Shown piece after piece: positions 49,225-64,000 of a DNA stretch of 64,000 nt. Under the pieces are notes generated by a model. It ran no database searches. It saw only the letters and a list, made by a program, of their open reading frames with translations, and was not told the DNA's origin. A program made the position numbers and the translations under genes. This stretch comes from the human T2T-CHM13v2.0 reference genome, Homo sapiens, in assembly GCF_009914755.1 (NCBI RefSeq), contig NC_060945.1, one strand, 5' to 3'. Numbering within the stretch: position 1 is the first letter of the stretch; every line of letters starts with the position of its first letter.

Positions 49225-49919
49225 GACGTGGGGTTGGGACGGGGTCGGGTCGGGGCAGGGCGGTGGCCTCTCTTTCGCGGGGAACACCTGGCTGGCTATG
49301 GAGTGGTGTGTCTTCCCCCTGCCACCTCCACCGAGCTGACCAGCCTGGGATTCCTGCCTTCTAGGTCTAGGCCTGGTGAGAGACTCCACGCAGTGGATAA
49401 CTGCCATTCTTTCCTGAGCATCCCGAGGATCCCAGATCCGGCCCAGGTACCAGCAGGTGGGCGGCCTACTGTGCACGGGTGGGTTTATGGGCAGCCGCCT
49501 GGGCAGTGAGAGCAGCCCGGACAGAGTTCTCATGCCTTTCCAGCACTCCACCACCGCCTGACAACCCTCTCCCCACACCCACCCCCAACTCCCGGAAAAT
49601 GCGTCCTCCCCTGGGCTGGGTGGATACCGCCGTCCCACAAAACACCAGGCACATGCAGCGTCCAGGCCTGACACCCCACTGGCATCTCGCCTCCTCTGTG
49701 CCTCCGTGCCACCTTCGCCGGACCGCCCGTGCCCCTGCAGCCTCCCAGCTGCCACAATGGAGCGCCTAGCTGTGGAACGCAGAAATCTAGCTCTCTTTGC
49801 CATCCTCCTGGCTAGACCTGCGCTCATTGCAGACACTGGCTGACGTGCAAGGGAGCATGGTGGCCTCTCTATGCTGGTGTCCGTCCGTGGAATTCCAGCT
49901 GAGGCTTTCCCAACACCTT

Positions 49920-52900
49920 GAGAATAGATACAACTCCTGGATGATCAGTTCAGAAATATGTCACAATGGCCCCTCCCTGTGGAGCCTAGAGAAGATTTGA
50001 ATTATTTGGGTGATCTGTGCAGAGATATATCACAAGGTCCCCTGTACAAAAAGCATGGAAATGATTTACATCACCTCGGTGATCAGTGCATAGGTGTGTC
50101 AGAAATCCCCAGTAGGCTGAACCTAGACAAGGGTTACATTACTTAGGTGATCAGTGTAGAGATATGTGAAAATTCCGGTGTAGACAGAGCCTAGACAAGT
50201 GTTACATCAACTAGTGATCAGCGCAGGGATAAGTCGTAAAGCCTCCCATAGGCAGAGTGTAGACAAGTGTTTCCTCCCTGGGGTGATCAGTGTAGAGATA
50301 GGTCACAAAGCCCCTGTAAGCAGAACCTTGACAAAAGTTACATCACCTGTTTGATCAGTGGAAATGTATATCACAAAGCCCCCTGTAGGCAAAGCCCAGA
50401 CAACAGTTACATGACATGGGTGAGCAGTGGAGACATCTGTCACAATGCCCCTCTAGGCAGAGCTTAGACAAGGGTTACATCACCTGAGTGATCAGTGAAG
50501 AGATATGTCAAAACGCTCCTGTAGGCTGAACCTAGACAGGAGTTACATCACCCGGGTGATCAGTGCAGAGATATGTGACAATTCCCGTGTAGGCATAGTC
50601 TACACAAGTGTTACATCACCTAGGTTATCAGTACAGGTATAAGTCATAAAGCCTCCTGTAGGCAGAGCGTAGACAAGAGTTCCCTCCCCAGGGTGATCAG
50701 TGCAGAGATGTGTCACAAAGCCCCTGTAGGCAGAGCCTAGACAAGAGTTTCATCACATGGTTGATCAGTTCAGAGATGTGTCACAATGTCCATGTAGGCA
50801 GATCAAAGACAAGAGTCCATCACATGGGTGATCAGGGCAGAGATATGTACCAATATCCCCTGTAGGCAGTGCCTAGACAAGAGTTGCATCACCTCAGAGA
50901 TCAGTGCATAGATATGTCACAAAGCCTTCTGTAGGCAAAGCCCATACAAGGTTTACATCACCTAGGTGATCAGTGCAGTGATATGCCACACAATTCCCTG
51001 TAGACACAGACTAGACAAGAGTTACATAACCTGGGTGATCCGTACAGATATTTGACACAATGCACCAATAGATAGAGCCTAGACAAGACTTCCATCACAT
51101 GGGTGATCAGTCCAGAGTTATGTCACAAATCCGCCTCTAGGCAGAGTATGTAGAAGAGTCCCATCACCTGGGTGATCAGTGCAGAGATATTTCACAATGC
51201 CCCCTGTGGGCAGAGAGTGGACAAGAGTTACATAAGATAGGTGATCTGTGCAGAGCAATGTCAAAACGCCCCTGTAAGCAGAGCCTAGATAAATGTTACA
51301 TCACCTGGGTGATCAGTGTGGAGATACGTCACAATACCCCCGGTAGGTGGAGTATAGACAAGTGTTACATCACCTTGGTGATCAGTACAGAAATATGTCA
51401 CAAAGCCCCTGTAAGCAGAGCCTAAACAAGAGTAACATCACCTGGGTGATCAGTGCAGAAATATGTCACAAAGCCTCTGTGTGCCGAGCCTAAGCAAGAG
51501 TTACATCTCCTGGGTGATCAGAGCAAAGATATGTCACAAAGCCCCCTGTAGACAAATCCCAGAAAATTGTTGCATCACCTGGGTGATCCATGGAGATATC
51601 TGTCTCAATTCCCCTTTAGGCGCAGTTTAGACAAGCATTACATCACATGAGTGATCAGTGCGGATATATGTCACTTTGCCCCCATAGGCAGATCCAAGAC
51701 AAGAGTCCATCACCAGGGTGATCAGTGAAGAAATATGCCACAACGCCGCCAGTAGGCAGATATAGACAAGAGTTACATCACCTGCGTGATCACTGCAGAG
51801 ATATGTCACAATGCACCTGTAGGCAGAGCCTAGACAAGAGTCCCATCACCTGGGTGATCAGTGCAGAGTTATGTCGCAATACCCCCTTTTGGCAGATCCT
51901 AGACAATGGTTACATCACCTGGGTGATCAGTGAAGAGATGTGTCACAAGCCCCTGTAGCCAGAGCCTAGACATGAGTTACATCAGCTGTGTGATCAGTGC
52001 AGTGACATGTCACAATGTCCCTGTAGCCATATCCTGGACAAAAGTGACATCACCTGGATGATCAGTGTAGAGATATGTCACAATGTCTCCAGTAGGGAGA
52101 GCCTAGACAAGAGTTACATCACCTGGGTGATCCGGGCAGAGATATGTCACAATGCCCCCTGTAAGGAGATCAGAGGCAAGAGTTAAATCACCTCAGTGAT
52201 CAGTGCACAGATATGTCTCAATGCCCCCTGTCAGCGAAGCCTATAGAAGAGTTACATCATCTCGGTGATCAGTGCAGTGATATGTTAAAATGCCCCTGTA
52301 GGCAGAGCCTGGACAAGAGTTACATCACCTGGGTGATCAGTGCAGAGATATCTCCCAATACACCCTGTAAGCAGAGCCTAGACAAGAGTTACATCACCTG
52401 GGTGATCAGTGCAGATATGTCATAAATCCCACTGTAGGCAAAGCCTAGACAAGTTTTACATCACCTAAAGGATCAGTGCAGAGATATGTCCCAATGTCCC
52501 TCTAGGCAGAGCTTAGACAAGAGTCACATCTCCTGGGTGATCAGTGCAGAGATAAGTCACAATGCCCTCATAGGCAGAGGCTAGACAACAGTTACACAAC
52601 ACGGGTGATCCGTGCAGAGTGATGTCACAACGCCCTCTGTAGGCAGAGACTAGAAAAGAGTTACATCACCTGGGTGATCAGTGCAGAAATGTGTCACAAT
52701 GTCCCCTGTAGGCTGAGCATAGAGAAGAGTTGCATCACCTCTGTGATCAGTGCAGAGATATGTCACAATGTCCCCTGTAGGCAGAGCATAGAGAAGAGTT
52801 GCATCACCTGGGTGGTCAGTGAAGAGATATGTCACAATGTCCCAAGTAGGCAAAGCCTAGGCAAGAGTTACATGACCTTTGTCATCAGTTCAGGGATATG

Positions 52901-55900
52901 TGAAAACGCCCCTGTAGGCAGAGCCTGAACAAGTGTTACATCCCCTAGTTGATCAGTGCAGAGATATTTCACAATACACCCTGTAGGCAGATCCTAGACA
53001 AGAGTTGAATCACCTGGGTGATCAGTGCAGAGATATTTCACAATGCCCCCTTTGGGCAGAGGATAAATAAGAGTTACATCACCAAGGTGATCAGTACAGA
53101 GAGTTGTCAAAATTCCCTATAAGCAGTGATTATAAAAGTGTAACATCACCTAAGTGATCAGTTCAGAGATATGTCACCAAGCTCCTGTAGGCAGAACTTA
53201 GGTGAGTTAGGTCACCTGAGTGATCAGTGCAAAGGTATGTCAAAAGCCCCCTGTAGGCAAAGTCTAGACAATAGTTACATCACTTGGGTGATCAGTGGCG
53301 AGATCACTGACAATTCCCCTGTAGGCAGAGCTTATACAACCTTTACATCACCTGGGTGATCAGTGCAGAGATATGTCCCAATGCCCCCATAGGCAGATCC
53401 AAGACAAGAGTCCGTCACCTGGGTGATCAGTGCAGAAATATGTCACAATGCCCCCTTAGGCAGAGCCTAGACAAAAGCCCCATCACGTGGATGATCAGTG
53501 CAGAGATATGTCACAATGCCACTGTAGGCAGAGCCTAGACAAGTGTTACCTGACCTAGGTGATCAGTGCAGAGATACATCGCAATGTCCCTGTAGGCAGA
53601 GCCCTGACAAGTGGTACATCACCTGTGTGATCATTGCAGGGATATGTCACAAAGCACGCTGTAGGCAGATCCTAGAACAGAGTTACATCACTTGGGTGAT
53701 CAGTGCAGAGATATGTCACAATGCCACTGTGGGCAGAGCCTAGACAAGGATTACATGACCTAGGTGGTCAGTACAGAGATACATCCCAATGCCCCTGTAG
53801 ACAGAGCCTTGACAGGTAGTATATCACCTGAGTGATAATTTCAGGGATATGTCACAAAGAACCCTATAGACAGATCCTAGAGAAGAGTTGTATCTCCTGG
53901 GTGATCAGTGCAGAGATATGTCACAATGCCGTGTAGCCGGAGCCTAGACTAAATTTACAGCACCTGGGAGATCAGTGCAGAGACACGTCACAATGTCCCC
54001 AGTAGCCAGAGACCAGGCAAGAGTTGCATCACCTCAGGATCAGTGCAGAGATACGTCTCAATCCCCCAGTGGGCACAGCCTAGACAAGAGTTACATCACC
54101 TCAGTTAAACAGTGCAGGGATACGTCAAAATGCCCCTGTAGGCAGAGCCTACAAAAGTGTTACATCACTTAGATGATCACTGCAGAGATATGTCACAAAA
54201 CCCCCTGTAAGCAGAACCTAGACCAGAGTTACATCACCTGGGTGATCAGTGCAGGGATATGTGAGAATTCCCGTGTAGGCAGAGCCTAGAGAAGAGTTAC
54301 ATCACCTAGGTTATCAGTGCAGGTATAAGTCATAAAGCCTCCTGTACGCAGAGTGCAGACAAGAGTTTCGTCCCCAGGGTGATCAGTGCAGAGATGTGTC
54401 ACAAAGCCCCCGTAGGCAGAGCCTAGACAAGAGTTTCATCACTTGGTTGATCAGTTCAGAGACGTGTCACAATGTCCATGTAGCAGATCTAAGACAAGAG
54501 TCCATCACCTGGGTGATCAGTGCAGAAATATGTACCAATGTCCCCTGTAGGCAGTGCCTAGACAAGAGTTTCATCACCTCACTGATCAGTGCACAGATAT
54601 GTCACAAAGCCTTCTGTAGGCAAAGCCCATACAAGGCTTATATCACCTAGGTGATCATTGCAGTGATTTGTCACAAAATTCCCTGTAGACAGAGCCTAGA
54701 AAAGAGTTAAATCACCTGGGTGATCAGTGCAGATATTTGACACAATGCCCCCATAGACAAAGCCTAGACAAGACTTACATCACCTGGGTGATCAGTGCAG
54801 AGATATGTCACAAATCCTCCTCTAGGCAGAGTATAGAGAAGAGTCCCATCACCTGGGTGATCAGTGCAGAGATATTTCACAATGCTCCCTGTAGGCAGAG
54901 AGTGGAAAAGCGTCACATAACCTAGTAGATCTGTGCAGAGCTATGTCAAAACGCCCCAGTAGGCAGACCCTAGATAAATGTTACATCACCTGGGTGATCA
55001 GTGCAGAGATACGTCACAATACCCCTGTAGGTGGAGCCTAGACAAGAGTTACATCACCTGAGTTATCAGTGCAGAAATATGTCACAAAGCCCATGTAGGT
55101 CGAGACTGGACAAGAGTTACATCTCCTGGGTGATCAGTGCAAAGATATGTCACAAAGCCCCCAGTAGACATATCCCAGAAAATTTTTACATCACCTGGGT
55201 GATCCATGGAGATATCTGTCACAATTCCCCTTTAGGCACAGCTTAGACAAGCGTTACATCACATGAGTGATCAGTGCAGAGATATGTCACTATGACCTCA
55301 TTGGCAGATCCAAGACAAGAGTCCATCACCTGTGTGATCAGTGCAGAAATATGCCACAATGCCGCCAGTAGTCAGATAAAGACAAGAGTTACATCACCTG
55401 CGTGATCACTGCAGATATATGTCACAATGCCCATGTAGGCAGAGCCAATTCAAGAGTCCCATCACCTGGGTGATCAGTGCAGAGATGTGTCACAATCCCC
55501 CTGTAGCCAGAGCATAGACAAGATTTGCAGCAGCTCTGTGAACAGTGCAGTGACATGTCACAATGTCCCTGTAGCAATATCCTTGATAATAGTGACATCA
55601 CCTGGGTGATCAGTGTGGAGATATGTCACAATGTCTCCAGTTGGCAGAACCTAGACAAGAGTTACATCACCTGGGTGATCAGTGCAGAGATCTGTCAGAA
55701 AGCTCCTTTGGGCAGAGCTTAGACCAGAGTTACATCACCTGGGTGATCAGTGCAAGGATATGTCACAAAGCCCCTGTAGGCAGAGCCTAAACAAGAGTTA
55801 CATCACCTGGGTGATCAGTGCAGAAATATGTCACAAAGCCTCTGTAGGCCGAGCCTAGACAAGAGTTACATCTCCTGGGTGATCAGTGCAAAGATATGTC

Positions 55901-58557
55901 ACAAAGCCCCCTGTAGACAAATCTCAGAAAATTGTTACATCACCTGGGTGAACAATGGAGATATCTGTCACAATTCCCCTTTAGGCGCAGCTTAGACAAG
56001 CGTTACATCACATGAGTGATCAGTGCAGAGATATGTCACTATGCCCCCATAGGCAGATCCAAGACAAGAGTCCATCACCTGGGTGATCAGTGCAGAGTTA
56101 TGTCACAATGCCCCTTTTGGGCATAGCCTAGAAAATGGTTCCAACACCTGGGTGATCAGTGCAGAGATGTGTCACAAGACCCCTGTATCCAGAGCCTAGA
56201 CAAGTGTTACATCAGCTGTGTGATCAGTGCAGTGACATGTCACAATGTCTCTCTGGCCATATCCTTGACAAAAGTGAAATCACCTGGGTGATCAGTGCGG
56301 AGATACATCACAATGCCTCCAGTAGGCAGAGCCTAGACAAGTGTTACATCACCTGGGTGATCAGGGCAGAGTTATGTCACAATGCCCCCTGTAAGCAGAT
56401 CCCAGACAAGAGTTGCATCACCTCGGTGATCAGTGCAGAGATATGTCCCAATGCCCCCTGTCGGCGAAGCCTATACAAGAGTACATCATCTCGGTGATCA
56501 GTGCAGTGATATGTGAAAATGCCTTTGTAGGCAGAGCCTACAAAAGAGTTACATCGCCTGAGTGATCAATGCAGAGATTTGTCACAATGCCCCCTGTAGG
56601 CAGAGCATAGAGAATAGTTGCATCACATGGGTGATCAGTACAGAGATATATCACAATGTCCCCTGTAGGCAGAGCATAGAGAAGAGTTGCATCACCTGGG
56701 TGATCAGCGCAGAGACATTTCACAATGTCCCCTGTAGGCAAAGCCTAGGAAAGAGTTGCATCTCCTGGGTTATCAGTGCAGATATATGTCACAATGTCCC
56801 CTGTAGGCAAAGCCTAGGCAAGAGTTACATCACCTTTGTCATCAGTTCAGGGATATGTGAAAACGTCCCTGTAGGCAGAGCTTAGAAAATAGTTACACTA
56901 CCTAGTTGATCAGCGCAGAGATATATCACAATAACCCCTGTAGGCAGATCCTAGACAAGGGTTGAATCACCTGGGTGTTCAGTGCACAGATATTTCACAA
57001 TGCCCCCTTGGGCAGAGGGTAGACAGCAGTTACATCACCTAGGTGATCAGTGCAGAGATTTCTCAAAATTCCCTGTAGGCAGTGCTTATAAAAGTGTTAC
57101 ATCACCTAAGTGATCAGTGCAGAGATATGTCACAAAGCTCCCATAGGCAGAACTTAGATGAGTTACATCACCTGGGTGATCAGTGCAAAGGTATGTCACA
57201 AAGCGCCCTGTAGGCAAAGCCTAGACAATAGTTACATCACTTGGGTGATCAGTGGCGAGATCTCTCACAATTCCCCTGTTGGCAGAGCTTATACAACAAT
57301 TACATCACCTGGGTGATCAGTGCAGAGATATGTCACAGTGACCCCATAGGCACATCCAAGACAAGAGTCCATCACCTGGGTGATCGGTGCAGAAATATGT
57401 CACAATGCCCCCTTAGGCAGAGCCTAGACAAAAACCCCATCACCTGGATGATCAGTGCAGAATTATGTCACAAAGTCCCTTTAGGCAGATCCTAGACAAG
57501 AGTTACATCTCTTGGATGATCAGTGCAGAGATATGTCACAATACCACTGTAGGCAGAGCCGAGACAAGGGTTACATGACCTAGGTGATCACTGCAGAGAT
57601 ACATTGCAATGTTCCTGTAGGCAGAGCCTTGAGAAGTGGTATATCACATGGGTGACCATTGCAGGTGTATGTCACAAAGCACCCTTTAGGCAGATCCTAG
57701 AGAAGAGTTATATCACCTGGGTGATCAGTGCAGAGATATGTCAAAGGCACCCTGTAGGCAGAGCCTAGACAAGAGTTATATCACCTGGGTGATCAGTGCA
57801 GAGATACGTCAAAATGTCCCCAGTAGGCAGAGACCAGGCAAGAGTTGGATCACCTCGGGAGCAGTGCGGAGATATGTCTCAATCCCCCTGTGGGCACAGC
57901 CTACACAAGGGTTACATCACCTCGGGTAACAGTGCAGAGATATGTCACAATACCCCCTGTAAGCACAGCCTAGACAAGAGTTACATCACCTGGGTGATCA
58001 GTGCAGAGATAGGTGACAAGGCCCCTTTAAGCAGAGCCTAGACAATAGTTATATCACCTGAGTGATCAGTGCGGAGATTTGTCACAATGCCCCTTTAGGC
58101 AGAGCTTAACTAGAGTTACATCACCACGGTGATGAGTGCAGAGATATGTCACTAGGCCCCCTATACGCAGAGCCTGGAGAAGGGTTACATCACCTCGGTG
58201 ATTTATGAAGTGATATATCACTATGCCCCATAGGCAGAGCCTAGTCAAGCGTTACATCACCTGGGTAATCAGTGCAGAGTTATGTCGCAAAGCCCCCATA
58301 CACAGAACCTAGACAAGAGTCCCATCACCCGGATGATCAGTGCAGAAATATGTCACAATTCCCCCCATAGGCAGATCCAACACAAGAGTTACATCACCTG
58401 GGTGATCAGTGTAGAGTTATGTCACAATGCCCCCATAGGCAGAGCCTAGACAAAACTCCCATCACGTGGGTAATCAGTGCAGAGATATGTCAAAAAGCCC
58501 CTGTAGGCAGAGCCTAGACAAGTGTTACATCACTTTGTTGATCAGTTCAGAGATGTG
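49920..58557 (+). repeat. Beta satellite block 6
   Basis: Tandem 68-bp monomers. Confidence 0.97.
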
Positions 58558-63362
<4,805 letters not shown>

Positions 63363-63365
63363 TGA

Positions 63366-64000
63366 CTCAACGCGAGTGGAATGAAATGGAATGTAATGCA
63401 ATGGAACTGAGTGGAATCAACCTGATTGGAATGGAATGGAATGGAATGGCATGGAATCAACCCGAGCGGAAAGGAATGGAATGGAATGGAGTGGAATGGA
63501 ATGTAATGTAATGGAATGGAATGGAATGGAATCAACACGATGGGAATGGAACGGAATGGAATGGGATGGGATGGAATGGAATGGAATGGAACTTAATCAA
63601 CACGAATGGAATGGAACGGAATGTAATGTAATGTAATGGAATGGAATGGAATGGAATGGAATGGAATGAAATGAAAAGGAACGGAATGGAATCAACACGA
63701 GTGGAATGGAATGGAACGGAATGGAATCAACCCGAGTGGAATGAAATGGAATGTAATGCAATGGGATGGGGTGGAATCAACCCGAGTGGAATGGAATGGA
63801 ATGGAATGGAATGGAATGGAATGAAATGGAATGGATCGGAATGGAATCCAATGGAATCAACTGGAATTCAATGGAATGGAATGGAATGGAATAAATCCGG
63901 GTGGAGTGGAATGGAATGTAATGGAGTGGAATGTAGTGGAATTTAGTGGAATGGAATGGAATGGAATGGAATGAAATGGATTGGATTGGAATGGAATCCA
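63366..64000 (+). repeat. Human satellite III (HSat3), (GGAAT)n
   Basis: GGAAT pentamer runs interrupted by ATCAACCCGAGT / ATCAACACGAGT motifs characteristic of satellite III. Runs off the window end. Confidence 0.95.

Noticed and set aside
63589-63599. Possible DUX4 binding site GAACTTAATCA in HSat3 (autoregulatory loop idea)
   Set aside because: A single copy with a mismatch at the first base of TAAYYYAATCA, easily produced by chance in degenerate GGAAT/ATCAAC sequence.

Overview
Human-type heterochromatin, not an ordinary gene-containing region. About 70% of the window is 68-bp beta (Sau3A) satellite. It is interleaved with GC-rich D4Z4/LSau-family segments that carry seven decayed DUX4-like double-homeobox reading frames (six near full length or internally deleted, one 3' half). 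Everything left of ~29,505 lies on the minus strand and everything to the right on the plus strand, with the switch inside a DUX4-like copy. Five of the D4Z4 segments share one 5' fusion point with beta satellite. Seven pLAM-like (DUX4 exon 3-like) ends are present, six keeping the adjacent satellite monomers and none showing the ATTAAA poly(A) signal. One segment is a true head-to-tail D4Z4 dimer (KpnI-KpnI 3,243 bp). A full-length AluYa5 with a 16-bp TSD sits at 61,484, and satellite III (GGAAT)n starts at ~63,366. No intact full-length DUX4 ORF is present, and the many short ORFs in the satellite are translation artefacts. The overall class (LSau/beta-satellite composite, typical of acrocentric short arms and other pericentromeric sites) is known, and I see no wholly new biological system. 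The most interesting points are structural: pLAM looks like a collapsed copy of the DUX4 5' region, two rearrangements break at the same DUX4 G-tract, C-terminal 76-aa ORFs remain open, and a palindrome sits at the satellite junction. Comparisons to 4q35 DUX4, DUX1/5 and Alu consensus are from memory and need alignment.
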